A stretch of DNA of 64,000 nucleotides from Piedraia hortae CBS 480.64 (taxonomy: Eukaryota), in assembly GCA_010093745.1 (NCBI GenBank), contig MU006005.1, positions 5,934 to 69,933 of the forward strand, in the 5' to 3' direction. Below the pieces are notes generated by a model, which saw only the letters and a list, made by a program, of their open reading frames with translations, searched no databases and was not told the origin of the DNA. The position numbers and the translations under genes were made by a program. Positions within the stretch are counted from its first letter, which is position 1, and every line of letters begins with the position of its first letter. Positions 1 through 13,196 of this stretch are shown here, in pieces.

Positions 1-618
1 ACCTATCTTCGGGATCTGGATTGCCTGTTGCGGCTGCTGCGACGACCCGCGGCATGTTTACCGATGGCTGCTGTGACGGCGTGATCAGCGCCCTGGTCCC
101 CGCAGCTGTCCGCAATGTGGACATCATGTGTTCGAGATCATCAAACCGTCGATTATCTGCCATCGCCCCGGTCGCTCGCCACGTTTCCAACCAAGGGATG
201 TGTGCAGTCCCGAGGTAAAAGAACCACGATGCAAGCTCGTCCGTGATATAGTATGGGTTTGTCTCACTCTTCCCGTGGGTGCTGTTCACCAAACCTCCAG
301 AGGGTTCCATTTGGAGGTGGTTGTGGCGCTTGTGCCATCCGTCCAGAAATTGATGTTGAATAGGGAGACTCCAGCTCTATATATTGTGACGAAGGCTCGA
401 GCAGGATGTGGTGTCGTCATGAATTTCACGAACCCCGGAGCAAGGCGTTCCGCATTTTCGGCCACCAGACTGACATCAGACCCGGGAAAAGCGTTGAGAA
501 TCGTGTACTCTGGCACCAATAGGATCGTATCTTCTGCAACATCTGGGAAGCCGTTTAAAGTTCTGATAATGAAGGTAGGACGGCGCACGCTTTGGTCGAT
601 GGACCCACGCAATTTCAT
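1..618 (-). pseudogene. Unknown gene or frameshifted relic running off the left edge
   Basis: ORF 618-286 is followed, after a frame change near 290-340, by an open frame (VNSTHGKSETNPYYITDELASWFFYLG...) that reaches base 1. No family recognised. Confidence 0.3.
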
Positions 619-661
619 TGCACGTACTAGCGTCAGTTCTCATTAGCCAACCCCAAGACGA

Positions 662-1200
662 ACTTCACTCGAGCTGACTGGTCGACCATTAATGGATGCT
701 AATGGGTGTGAAGACTTGCTCCTGCCGCATCTATACCCAGACGCTGTGGAATATTTGATGTGGCGGCAAACTTTACCCACTGACGCACAGCTACCACCTT
801 CCAAGGCCTACCAACCCTGGCATGAATTTCACTCGAGCTGATTCTCTGACTACTGACGGACGCTAATGGATGCAAATTGCACACCTTCCTCAGCTGTCTC
901 CAAGGCGCCACAAGGTTTTCCGACCCACCCCCAAACGCACATGAAAGAACAAAGGATGAGTTTCACTCAAACTTATTAGGCAATTGCTGCCAGACGCTAG
1001 GATATGTGCGGATTTGCTCCTGCCGCCTCTGTGGGGTTTCTGATCCACCCACAAACGCACATCCCGGCTATTTTCCATTTCTGTTCGGTCAGCCCGAGAC
1101 GAGCCACACTCGAGTGATTAGCCAATGACTGTCGGACGCTAGTAATTGTTCAAAATCTGTTCCTGCCACGTCTGCTGCAAGGCGCTGTAATGTTTTCTAA
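662..1200. repeat. Degenerate tandem repeat, 4 units of ~135-165 bp
   Basis: Blocks CACTC(G/A)A(G/A) at 666, 830, 964 and 1107 are each followed by GA(C/T)GCTA. Most units also carry TG(C/T)TCCTGCC and CCAC..ACGCACA. Confidence 0.6.
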
Positions 1201-1523
1201 TTTTTCTTGCCAATTAGAATTTTCCTAACTCGACTGTATGAGATTTGAGAACCATCATTGAAAGCTCTATACGCACGCTAGTGGTGAAGGCTAGTGGATG
1301 TGCAAATATGCTCCTTCCCATCTCATCCCGAGTCGCCGTGAAGTTTTACGAAGGCATTCATGATCTGCCACTAGCGTCTTGGCACAACTTTATCATCCAC
1401 CTTCACGAGAATCTGGCACACCTTCCGACATATTGTATCAACCCTACAGTGCACACCCCTTACATACAGTATCAACCCTACAATACCCACTCTATCACCT
1501 TACATGACATACGCAAAGCAACT

Positions 1524-4500
1524 CTACCGTCCCCTGAAACCAGCCTGCACATCACCTCTCCCAAACGCACAAACAACATCCTTCTCCCCTTCCGTAGGAG
1601 GGTAAACCTCCCTAATAACCCTCTCAACTTTATCCAACACGCGCTCGTAGCCTCGTTCGCACTCCTTCTCCACAAACGCGACGAGGTTTTTGGAGAGAAT
1701 TTCTTCATCAGCATGGCCGAAATGTTTCTCGATGCGGCGGCGGAGTTTCTCGATTCCGTCGCGGATTTCTTTAACGTCGTAGCTGGATAGGATGGTGCGG
1801 GCGGCTTTGCGGGATGTGGATGGGCGGCTGGCGATGCTGCGGGGGTTGGATGTGTGCGTTGGTAGGAGGGTTGTTACCTGGTCGAGGAAGTCCTGGTTCC
1901 ATGAGTTAGGAGGGTTGCAGGAGAGCAAGGGTGTCTTACCATTAGGCGTCCGAGTGGGCGACGGAGGACTTTGCTCGTGTATCCTTCTAATGCTTCTAAC
2001 CGCTCTGCTTTTGCTCGATCTTTCCACTCTGCTAGGACGGCTGAGTTTGTGTTCTCGACTTCTTCAATATAGTGGTTCATGTTCTCGATCAGGAGAACGT
2101 GAAAGTTGAGCATCTCCTTGTCTTCGGCATCCTCGCCGCTGGGAACTCCGCTTTGGCGCGTCTGTGTTCCGCTGGGACTTTCCTTGGCAATTACTCGCAG
2201 ACTGTCAAACATGGCTCGGTTGAGGCGCGTGTAGGCTTCGTCGACCAGCTGTCGCACTTCGCCAACGCTCTCGGCGCCGTTGTAGTCGTCTCCTGCGACC
2301 GAGGCAAAGGTCCCCTCAACCGCTACGCTAAAGTGCGGGAAAGCTTTCATGAAGCCGATGACGCCCTTGCGTTTTTTGATCTTTACTTTGGTCTCTTCAA
2401 TGGCGCGCACTTGCTCGTCGATGAACCGTGTCCAGAGCTTGTGCAGTCGTGCAGTAAGAGAATCAAAAACTTGTATGAGGAATTGCTGAGCCGGATAACG
2501 CTCGGTAAGGAAATATCGATGCTTGGACAAACACGCCATTATGCCTGCACATTGGATGGGATCCGTGGAGACGCTCCAATCAATCATACTACCCATTTCT
2601 TGGGCGAGGAATCCAAAAATCTCCGTCATCACTTCAGTCACGCGGCTCGCCATGTCGCGGTCTGGATCCACGGCCCCGGCTGCCAAAAGATCCATGCCTT
2701 GTCGCTGCTCTGGGGGATTGTTCTGAATGAGCTCTAAGAAATCTCTCGGACCCAGGCTAGACGCATGGAACAGCTGCACGATGAAGCTCTGTTCTTGCAG
2801 CACTAAAGGCGCCATTTCGTCCATGGCCCCAGCAAAGGCCTCCGAGCTCATGAGATGACCCGTCATCCGACCCTCGGCGAAAGACTTTCCATGTCCTCCA
2901 CTGGCGTTGCGTACATTCTTCAGATGATGCGTCTTCTTGACCGTCAACTTACGCGAAGCGGCTACTGCTAGACTCGCTGAACCTGCATCGTCTTTTTCTT
3001 GCGTGGTAAAGAGGACCGCCTCTGCATCTTCGTTCCCCTGCTTTCGTGCTGATTGTCGCCAACCCACAATCGTCTCACCAAAGGCTTCTTTGTACACAGG
3101 CTGAGCCCTGGCATGGTATTTCCGCAACGACGTCTCCCACGCAGGTGGAGTGAGCTCTTTCATAAAGAGCACCTCAGGACCGTATACCCACAGACTCCGA
3201 CGGGCGAGGGTGAATGCATCGACATTAAGCTTCCTAGGAGCGCTTGGCGCCGCACTTGACACTCGCATGGCGTTCTTCTTAGCCTCCGCAAAAGAATTTG
3301 CAAATTCCGCATCGAGAAAGTGCATGAACCGCTGGCAGAAGTGAGCACTTTCGCGGGCATAGATATCTCGTTTTTCCCGAACAGCACGCATGTGGCTTAG
3401 CTCGTCTGAGACCTCATTGACCTTGTTCTTGCCGCGTAAGCCTGGATTGATAGTGCTCATGGCCTGGTACAGTCTCCCCAGGCTACCCTCCACTTCGCTA
3501 AGGCCACCGTCGCTGCCCAAATCGCCGTGCCTCAACGGGTCAAAGACGTTTTGATCTAGGCTAATGGTGTTAACGAGGTTCTGCAGCTCATTATGAAGTA
3601 GCTTCTGATTAGCTGACTGCACTTGCAATCCCTGCGACTGTGCTTCGATAAATGCGATATCCTCATTGAGACTGCTGAGCTCGACGTGATATAGTGTCAG
3701 CAAACCGTCCAGGTCGTCACACTCTTGTATGGCCTTGTCTAGCAAAGCCTCGACAGTGGACACCTTCTCTTCCCGCTGGGCGTCGGTCTGTGAAAGCCAA
3801 GAGCCTGCTTCGAGACGCGCCTGTTCCCGTCGTAAGCCAGCTTCGATGTTCTCGATAGACTTCTTGGAAGAATCGTTCCAGCCAAAATCTGCGAGCATGG
3901 CCTCAAACTCAAGACACCTTCCCTCTAGAAGACTTGGATCAACCCCCAGAGCTGTTATATTCCGTTCTTGATAGTTACTCCTCCGCCGTATCTTTGCCTT
4001 TGCCTTTTTCGCATCAGCCTCCTCGAATAGGTCCTTTTCTTCGGCTAGCTGCTCAACAGGCGCTGGTGTCTCAGGCAGAGTCTCTTTAAGCTCGACAGGA
4101 GTCGGCTGAGCATCGGGAGCAGGCGTTTGGTTTGCTGATTCGGGCGCAGAGTGAGTCTCCGGAACCACATCTACCTGCTTAGACACGTCATTACCGACTG
4201 CCGTACCTGGCCTCGGCACAAAACCACTGACGCCTTCCGTCTCTAACGTCTTGCCGCTGGCTTCCGCCGCCTCTCGTTCGGCTTTGGCCTTGAGAATCTT
4301 CTCAGCTGCACCTCCAGGACGTGGCTTGAATAGGTTTGCTGCCTTTGCTGTAGCCGCAACTTTTTGGAAGCGGTTCCGAGTGTTGTCCTTCTTGAACATG
4401 GGTCCAAGGCCTGGTCGGTAGTCGCCACCTTCTTCAACGGGAGTCACCTGCTCTTGTGCTTCGTCAAGCGGATTACCGCGCTCTTCAGGAGGAGTGGCTC

Positions 4501-6511
4501 CTGGCGTAACTCCCGGGGTAGGCTGAGGCGTTGCAGCGAAGCCACCGGGCATGCTCAGTGCGTCCAACTGCTTGGGATGCGGGGATTCCTGGCTTGGCCG
4601 CGACCCTACAGCGTGTGAAGGTCTTCTTTGTCCATCAATCGGCCGCGGTGCTTCCTCCTTGGTTGACACTGGCTGTTCTGTTGGTCCAGAATATAGAGGT
4701 GCAGGCTTCAACTCTGAGGGCGAGTCTACATCAGGAGATGCCAACTCAAGCGAGGGCCTCAGATTGCCTCGCTCGGGAGCAAGTGGCTTCGGAGGATCTG
4801 AAATTGTCGAAATGGGCGTCTCGTCAATCGGAGATGGTTGATACACTGCTGGAGAGACTGCAGCAGGCCCGGCAGCATGCAAATTTGGTGCACCGTCAGT
4901 TATACCCAGGCTATTAGTTTGCGGTTGAGTCTGAAGTGGTGATACCTGGCGCTGCTGCTGTTGTGGCGGTGGCATCCATCGTTGTCTGGTGGCTGCATGC
5001 AGCTGTGAAGCCAGTTGAGGCTGCGACCCTGTACTTTCAGAAGATACTCGACCCGGTTGAGACAAAGATGCTTCCTGCTGATATCGAGGACTTCGTGGAC
5101 GGGGTTGTTCGGTTTCAGCACTTAGACGTCCAGCAGAGCCTGGGCTTTGAGACTGAGGATGAGAAGCGATTGATTGAGGGAGGCCTAGGCCATGCTGTGG
5201 AACATTATGCTGCAGTGGGACATTGTTTGGAGGGGGAGTGGTTTGTTGTACAGGGAGATTGAACTGTGGAGGCGCATTAGGCTGGGGGCCATTATATTGC
5301 AGGTTCTGTTGTGTCTTTTCCATGGGATGCAAGTTGTGCTGGGGTACACCATGCTGCTGGGCGACACCGTGCATTGGAGACGCACTGTGCTGCTGAGGGA
5401 CACTCTGAGAAGAGACACTGTGCTGTAGAGGGATACTGTGTTGAGGCACACTGGGCGGCAGAAGCCCAGACTGACTGAAAGGCGGCGGCTGGACAGGGCC
5501 AGGCTGACCAAAAGACGACTGCTGGACGACACCAGGTCGTGGATGCTCCTCACGACTGCGTCGAGGCAAGATTTCCTGGTTCGGGACCTGCTGCCCCGAG
5601 TTTGTTCGACTATAGCCGGGACCTCGGGGATCGGACACTCCAGCCACGGCTGGCAGTTGTCTGGTTCTATGTTCAGCCCGACCGCTGTCTTGCGAGGGAG
5701 GCAATGGAGCGGGCATCTGAGCAGGCATTTGAGCCACATTCTGGGACAACGCTCCCGAGCCCACCCGCTGATTTCCCAAAGGCATGGCCTGGGGAATGTT
5801 CTGGTGACTCGGCTGACCCGGCTGGCTCTGCTGGCTCTGCTGGCTCTGGTAACTCCGCTGGCTGTGCTGGTGAATATGGGACGGAAGAGATTGCTGAGAG
5901 ACGCCCGTCAGCCAGGCCTTGGTGCTATCGTCGAAACCTCGAAGCTCAGGCAGCTGGCCCTTTGTGTACTTCTTGTAAATCTTGATGGTGCTGGCAATGA
6001 AGAATATCTTCTCCTTAGCCGTGACGGCTTGCCAGTAATAGGGCTTGATGATAGTGACAGTGAATCCCAGCTCTCCCGCCCATTCGCGCTGCTGTTGCTC
6101 CCGTTCATCCCGCGGCGGGCCCGGAGCCGGGTTGAAGCTCTCGATGGCGCTGAGATCCTCCATGTTCCACGTCTTGCCGATGCTGAAGCTGCCATTGTTG
6201 TTCTCGCGCGCCTTGTGGATGCGCACACGTCCGGTACTGCGCACAGCGACTATAATCACGCGCGGCTTCTTGTTGCTCTGGGGCGAGTCTGGCGGCGGCG
6301 GCATAGCCGGATACTGCGCATCCTCCTGCATTCGAATGTGGGTGATATAAGACTCGATGGGCTGGCCATGGGCGTCCAGCTTGCTAAAGCACGACTCGAC
6401 CAGGCGGCGTTTCTCGTCCTCAAAGCGTTCGGCGCGCGACGCCTGGCTGGTGGTCGGCCGGTCTGACCGGTTAGACATGTCGCGGTATCCGGAGTGGAGA
6501 GGGCGCGACAT
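1524..6511 (-). CDS. SEC3: Exocyst complex component Sec3
   Basis: N-terminal PIP2-binding PH-like domain (YITHIR...KARENNNGSFSIGKTW), coiled coil (IEAQSQGLQVQSANQKLL) and Sec3 C-terminal region (IEETKVKIKKRKGVI; LLIENMNHY). Intron 1939-1893 (GTAAGA..CTAAC..CAG) joins the last exon, which ends at 1524. Confidence 0.95.
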
Positions 6512-6744
6512 TTAGGCCGTTGCCGCCGTCGGGCTCTCCTTTCACCATGTGTCGCTGGTCCCGCGTCCCGTGGTCTCACTGCGCCTCAACCTGGTCGTCC
6601 ATGTTCCCAATAGGGAAGCTTTAACCTGACCCTAATCTGTCACAAGCCTAACCCTCGTCCGCTAACCTCACCTGTGCACAGATCTACACACGTAGCCACT
6701 ATCCCACACGACTACGGGGCAGCGATGGCTGTGCACAATTCAAA

Positions 6745-7725
6745 ATGTCCCCTCGGACGATTACAACGATGGCTCGTCTGGCGGTGCTTGGGAAAGTCCG
6801 CCCTTGCAGCATCAGATGGTCATCTCACTCCCCAATGGGGGCATCTGCGGCAGTGGAACGTAGGAAAATCATAACGCTGCCAAGCGTCCAGCGGATGTAT
6901 GAACGCAAGGAACGGATCGTCATGCTTACGGCCCACGACTTTCCCTCGGCCCACGTTGCGGATCAATCGGGGGTGGACATGATCCTCGTTGGAGACAGTC
7001 TGGCCATGGTTGCGCTGGGAATGGAGGATACGAGTGAATTGACGTTGGATGACATGGTTCTGCACGCTAAGAGCGTGGCCAGAGGAGCTAAGGGAGCGTT
7101 TACAGTGGGCGATCTGCCCATGGGTAGCTACGAGGTCACGCCCGAGCAGGCTCTGCAGAGCAGCATACGCATGATCAAAGAAGGGCGCATGCAGGCTGTA
7201 AAGCTCGAAGGCGGCATGGAAATGGAGTCTCATATCCGCAAAATTACCACAGCCGGCATTCCCGTCCTGGCACATATAGGACTGACACCTCAACGTAAGA
7301 ACGCACTCGGCGGATTCCGCGTCCAGGGCAAATCTGTCGAGGGAGCACGGAAACTTCTGGCTGATGCCCTCGCCGTGCAGACTGCGGGAGCCTTTGCCGT
7401 AGTGCTAGAAGCCATGCCACCTGAAATAGCAGGCTACATCACCAACACACTCCGCATCCCTACCATCGGCATCGGGGCTGGCAATTCCTGCTCAGGTCAA
7501 GTATTAGTCCAAATCGACATGAGCGGGAACTCCCCACCAGGCCGAAAACTCGCTCAATTTGTGCACAAATTCGGTGATGTCTGGGGCGAAGCCCGAAAGT
7601 CCATCGAAGCCTACAAATCAGCCGTCAAAGAAGGCAGCTACCCGGCAGAGAAACATACCTACCCCATGTCCAAAGAAACATACACCGAATTCCTCGAATC
7701 CGTCACCCAAACGCCGGGGCAATAG
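6745..7725 (+). CDS. ECM31: 3-methyl-2-oxobutanoate (ketopantoate) hydroxymethyltransferase
   Basis: Motifs MLTAHD, ILVGDSLAMV, VKLEGG, HIGLTPQ and PTIGIGAG of the PanB family; basic N-terminal presequence. Confidence 0.96.
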   Translation: MSPRTITTMARLAVLGKVRPCSIRWSSHSPMGASAAVERRKIITLPSVQRMYERKERIVMLTAHDFPSAHVADQSGVDMILVGDSLAMVALGMEDTSELTLDDMVLHAKSVARGAKGAFTVGDLPMGSYEVTPEQALQSSIRMIKEGRMQAVKLEGGMEMESHIRKITTAGIPVLAHIGLTPQRKNALGGFRVQGKSVEGARKLLADALAVQTAGAFAVVLEAMPPEIAGYITNTLRIPTIGIGAGNSCSGQVLVQIDMSGNSPPGRKLAQFVHKFGDVWGEARKSIEAYKSAVKEGSYPAEKHTYPMSKETYTEFLESVTQTPGQ

Positions 7726-8202
7726 AATAATGAACCCTCAGTTCCCCCTCAATATTAAAACACTACAACAAAGTCAGCATACACCCACCAATAGAAATCT
7801 TAAAAAACCAACTCTCCATAATCCCCCAACCCCCTCATCCATCGCCGGCGCAAACGCAGAGTTAACATAACAATGCACAGCCTGCACATCCAATCTCCTC
7901 CTCACAAAGTTCACCACAGCTTCGAATTTCTGTCCCCGTCCACACCGGAATTTACTTGTAGCTAGTGTGCGTGCGTTTCCCAGCGGTATTAGTTTTATCG
8001 TGACTTTTTCGTGGGCGATTTCACCGGCTGTTTCGGCTGCGGTGCTGGTGTGTTGCGGGAGGGAATCGAGGATGAGTGATGCGGAGAGGGGAAGGGCGTA
8101 GGTTGCTTTCGTTTCGTCGTCGTCTTCTTCTTCTTCATTGATGGTGGGGTTGTGTTCGGGGCTGGCGGTCTGGCCATGCTCGTGTTTGTGTGAGTCGGCC
8201 AT
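7703..8202 (-). CDS. ATG12: Ubiquitin-like autophagy protein Atg12
   Basis: Motif CYVNSAFAP..DEGVGGLWR. Intron 7812-7763 leads to a last exon CFNIEGELRVHYSIAPAFG* with the conjugating C-terminal Gly. Confidence 0.93.
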
Positions 8203-8445
8203 GAGAAGTAGAGGATGCGGATGCGGTGGAACGAGATGGTGGGGCGGGGCGGATTCTCACGTCAAAAAAGCGGTGGTGCCAAGAATAAGAACTCTACTAA
8301 AGGACGGCATGGCGATTGAACACCCAATCAGGAGGAAACATTGCCAACTCCATCGCTATGCTCTGCTAACTAACAAAATTCCACCATGTATTATTTGTCC
8401 CTACTCATGCAAGGCTAAAACTGTCAACAGCGGTACAAAGTCCTT

Positions 8446-10318
8446 CTAATCTCTATGCGGACGCTTTAGCTGCACCAGCAACTGGTCAAGCTCAAGCCAG
8501 TTGTCTTGTGCAAGGGCAAACTTTCGATGCTTACGTGAACGAACGTGCTGCAAAACTCAGTTAGCCAATTTCCCGGACAAAGACGTCTATACATACGTCG
8601 TCAAAATCATCAAACTTCTCACGGCAGTTCTCGCAGTAGCCAGGCCTTGGGTCACGCTCCACACGAACCGCTTTCCGCAGACCAGCAACCTTTCGTTGTT
8701 TCGACTGATGTTGCACTTCCTGTCCCTCTGGCAACACTCCGAGCGTTTCTTGTGCTCTCCGTTTGGCAGCGCGGGGCGGTGGCTCGTTTGCATTGTTAAG
8801 GGCAGCCCGCACATCGTTCATATACGACGACGGGATGCTGTTGGAGGTGACATTAGTGCCTCGTTCGAGCACTTTTCGCTTCAGCAGAGAAAGATCCTTG
8901 GTATCGCCAACCCGGAAATTAGCACCGGGCGCAGTTGAAGAGATGGCTGCTGATGACACATAGTGGGATTTGATGGCCGACGTGATATTTGAAGGTTGCA
9001 CACCCGAGGCTACAGGCTCGCCTCTCACAAGACGTGGCTTTACACGCAAGCATTGCTGGGCGCTGCCAAAGAGCTCGGCAGGAGCAGCGAGGCTTGCCTC
9101 GGGCGCTTTTGGTGGCTCGGGTTTGGAAACACTGGTCTTCCTGGGAGACCTTCTCAGACCGACTTGAGGTTCTGCCGCGGGACGAAGGGCAGCCGCACCA
9201 GTTGCATTAGCCTGGCCCCCACGAGTTCGACGTGAAGCTGCCTCTTGCATCTCTGCCATTTGCTGTTTAATCCTCTTCCCGTGCTCGGGATCCTCAAGGA
9301 ACGGACAGCGACCAGGAGCAGTAAGCCTGAGCTGGGGCCATTTGCCCTGCTCTTTGTGGGCCGGTTTGTTATAGTCGCGAACCATGACTGGCCGTGTTTT
9401 CTCATCCATGTCGTGAACGTAAATGTAGCAACCACGAAGGGCCGTTCGGTCCTGACCAGAAGCAGTCCAGTCCCTGTCGGCTTGCCCCTTGATCTTCTCT
9501 CTGCGCAACAGCTGCTCTAGGTCAACCTCCTTGGCAGCGCGTGTGCGATTGGAAGTGGCCTGACTCCGTGCCTTGGTCGGATCAATCACTTCCCCCTCCA
9601 ATATCGTATGCAGCATTCGGTGCAACTTCTCCAGCGCCCATATCTTCATGTTCAGCTGGCGAGCACGGGTAAGAACATCCACAGTTTGTGCCTGAATCGT
9701 CCGGTCAAAGACATTGTATGAGGCCGGGGGCGGATTCATAGTCTGTTTGGGAATAAGAGTCCCGTCTTGTCCATGTTGATCGGGCCCAGCGAGCTGCTCT
9801 GAGGGTATCTGTCGAGTGGTAACAACGTGCGTGACATCTTTAGAAAAGAACTTTGCTTCCTTTGCCCCAAGATAATGTATCTGCCGCACCGTCTTGGCCC
9901 GCACGTCGTCCGTGACGTTGTCAAAATAGATCACAAAGCTTGGAAACTCCTTCCTGTAATGCCGTTGCCATTGGCGTATAGACTCATTGTGCCGGGCAGT
10001 CTCATGAGGATCCATCTGAGCGCGAGGCGGCACCTTGTCCTTGAGCTGGTGTGACGCCAGTTTAGCCGCCGCAAGTTTCCGATCGAACGCGTTTGGTTGG
10101 CCATTGACGCGTCTGCCCAGGGGATCCTCTTCTCTATCGTGTGGGTAGAGGTTCTCGCCATTCCCCGGCTGCTGGACGTTCGGTCTCTTGGCTGGTGGCT
10201 GATCCGCGAGAGGCTCGGCAGCCGCCCGAACGCGTTTTCCGCTCACAGGCGCCACGGTACGCAAGGGAGAATTAACAGCGTGCGGCACGTCGAGCAACGG
10301 AGCCCTTTTGCTGCCCAT
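8446..10318 (-). CDS. DBF4: Cdc7 kinase regulatory subunit Dbf4/Dfp1/Him1
   Basis: BRCT-like motif N (FFSKDVTHVVTTR), motif M (YIYVHDMDEKTRPVMVRDY) and zinc finger GYCENCREKFDDFDD|HVRSRKHRKFA completed across a GTATGT..CTAAC..CAG intron. Confidence 0.93.
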
Positions 10319-10368
10319 GTTGGAGTCCGTGTTGTTGACTTCCTTTTATGGATTAAAGACGCGGGGCT

Positions 10369-10620
10369 ACGCGTGGGAGCCAATGTGACAGGTGAAGTCA
10401 GCGAAGAGCCATCCAAGTGACAGGATCAAAGGTAGATGGCCACGGGAATAAAAGGCAGACGACAGAGGGAATGCTTTCGAGGAGAGAATGGGCGTCCTGG
10501 GCAAGCGCGGGTGTTTGTGTATGGGCTCGGAAGATTTCCGCGCGCAAGAGCCATCCGCGCGCCGCGGTTTCCAGACGACTACTCTACACCAGATAGAAAA
10601 AAAAATTCAGCGACACGCGT
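10369..10620. promoter_or_regulatory. Putative MCB (ACGCGT) cell-cycle elements upstream of DBF4
   Basis: ACGCGT at 10369-10374 and 10615-10620, plus further CGCG cores. DBF4 is an MBF-type G1/S gene in yeasts. Confidence 0.4.
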
Positions 10621-10796
10621 CACCGTCAACGATATAGTCGATCAATTTGCTCGTGAATTCATCGAGTCCTTTAATTCCTCCCAAAGTCCTACACTGTGTC
10701 GCTGTTCTTGCGGCGCTAGACACACTGACAACGGTATCCCAGACAACGGCACTTAGCGTCCCACCTCATTTTATACATTTGTATACTTTTGCTACC

Positions 10797-12742
10797 TTAC
10801 TTGTGACCGATTCCCTCTTCCGGCACCGCTGTAACGTCTGCCACCTCTGCTGCCTTTGGTCGCGATGGTACGTGCTCGTCCTTCATCATTGGGAACGTCA
10901 GCACCTCCTTGATAGAGTAGTTGTTTGTGAGGAACATGACCATGCGGTCAATGCCCATGCCCCACCCTCCCGTAGGCGGTAGCCCGTATTCCATAGCCGT
11001 CAAGAAACCTTCGTCTAGCACCTGTGCCTCATCGTCACCCTGTGCCTTCTGCCTGGCCTGCTCTTCAAAACGTAGACGCTGGTCAAAAGGATCGTTCAAC
11101 TCGGTGTAGGCGTTGACGATTTCTTTCTTGCACACAAATGCCTCGAAGCGCTCGCACAACCCAGGCTGTGAGCGATGATACTTGGCCAACGGACTCATCA
11201 TTTGCGGATGGCCTGTGATGAACGTGGGGTTAATGCACTTCTCCTCGATGAACTCACCCACAAGTTTATCCAGCATGCGGGCATTTGTGAGTGGTGGAGT
11301 ACACTCAACTTGCATCTTCTTGAGCACGTCCTGAAGGAAGCGATTCGTCTCCTCGGTGTGCAGCTCCGTGCCGGGGGGAAATTTTTCACCGCACGCTTCC
11401 TCGAGGGCGGGGATCATCTCAATCCGCTTCCACGGCCTAGCCCAGTTCACTTCATACTGCTCACCTGTCTGTGTGGTAAACTTTGTTTGTAATGAGCCGC
11501 AAACCTCCTTGACCATGCCTGCAACGAGCTCCTCGGTTCGCTCCATGACATCGTAGACATCGGCAAACGCCTCGTAGTACTCACAAGATGTGAATTCAGG
11601 GTTGTGGGTAAGGTCGATGCCCTCGTTGCGGAACTGCCGGCCGAGTTCATACACTTTGTGGATACCTCCGACTACCAGCTGCTTCAGCGGCAGCTCAGTA
11701 GCAATACGAAGAGCAAGTGTCATGTTTAGATCGTTATGATGCGTGTTGAATGGCTTGGCTGTTGCTCCACCTGCCGATTTAAGCAAGATGGGCGTCTCAA
11801 GCTCGTAGAAGCCGTTCGAATCAAAGTAATTGCGAATGTATCGAATGATCTTAGCCCTCGTCTTGAACGTCTGCACAGTCGAGCTGTTCATGATCATGTC
11901 CAGATGCCTGTTGCGGTATCTTTCTTCTTGATCCTTGAAGCCATAGTGCTCAGACGGAATTTGATGTAGACAGGGCGCTAGTAAGACAACCTCTTGAGCG
12001 AAGATGGATAGCTCACCGGTGTTTTCTGCTTTCTTGGGGCTGGTCCTGCCCGGGAATCCTGTAACTCCAATAATGTCCCCGCGTCGGAGGATATCATGTT
12101 GCTCTGTAAATGGGATTTTGGACGTGTTTTCCAAGTTAGTCGCCATGATCTGAACGTGTGCGCCATCAACAGCCACTTCATAGAACCGCAGATTCTCACC
12201 CGAGGTCCTGATGTTGTAGATACGGCAACCAACGCTTATCGTCTTGTCCTTTACAGTCTCCCCTTTCTTCAAATGGCCGTAGTCCTTCTCGAAGTTACAC
12301 AAGTCATACGTCACATGGAACTTGTGTGGATATGGATTCGGCTGCATTGCATCTTTCATCCGCTTCACATTTCGAGATCGAATCTCAAAGTATTTCTGTA
12401 TTACATGTTAGTTATTTCTTCTGCTGCTGCTTCAGGTCAGTTTAAGAGTTGTCGTACGTTTGGGCTCAGCTTCTCTTCTTCGGCCGCTGCTGCTGCATCA
12501 CCCTTGCGCTTCGGTGCAGGTGGAGGCTGCCGGGTAGCTTCTCTCTCAGCCCGCTGCTTTTCCTTCTCTCGCTGCTTCTGTCGCTTCTTGAGCTCCGTCT
12601 TGGAGACATGCTCCCCGGTAACCTCGTCCAAGTATTGGTTGGACGCCGCTGGAGCAGCTCCTTCAGACATGTTCAAAGAGTTTACACGGCCGCCTATAGA
12701 TTCGACCAAGTCGTTGACAGGTTTGTCAGTCTTTTCCGCCAT
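10797..12742 (-). CDS. KRS1: Cytosolic lysyl-tRNA synthetase (class II)
   Basis: NPYPHKF, OB-fold anticodon domain, GGATAKPF, FRNEGIDLTHNPEFT and YGLPPTGGWGMGIDR. Intron 12457-12396. Confidence 0.97.
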
Positions 12743-13196
12743 GACGACAGTGTGTATTTGGCTCAAAATTGATGTGTGCGGGGCGTCGTCGCCTGAGGCC
12801 ATAGCGCACCACATACCACATGCACAAAAAAATGCTGGGGGAACAGAAAAAAGATTTCATAGTGTCACCGTGTGTGGTCGTGTACGGCATCCATGATAAG
12901 CTAGCTAGCTGCGATACTACAGATTTGTAGACCAGTAATACGAAGAATGCTTGCGCAACACCAGCCAAGCCCTGTCTACGCTGCACGGGTATACCCACCA
13001 TCGCTCCCACCGCTTGAAACAAAAGATACCGCCTGGAACCCCAGAATTGCGCTCGAAAAAAAAAGCAGACCACACCCGATCCCATTTTGCCGAATACTTC
13101 TGATAACGCACACAAGGATCCATATGCGCCTGTCCATTCTCATCGAGTATCCTGCCGAGACCAACGAGCCAGCTCGCCCAAGACAGTTAGCGTCGT

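Noticed and set aside
662..1200. CRISPR-like array
   Set aside because: Eukaryotic context, degenerate long units and no cas genes.
6615..6672. Telomeric repeats or telomerase template
   Set aside because: Only scattered degenerate TAACC/CCTAA words in a short divergent promoter.
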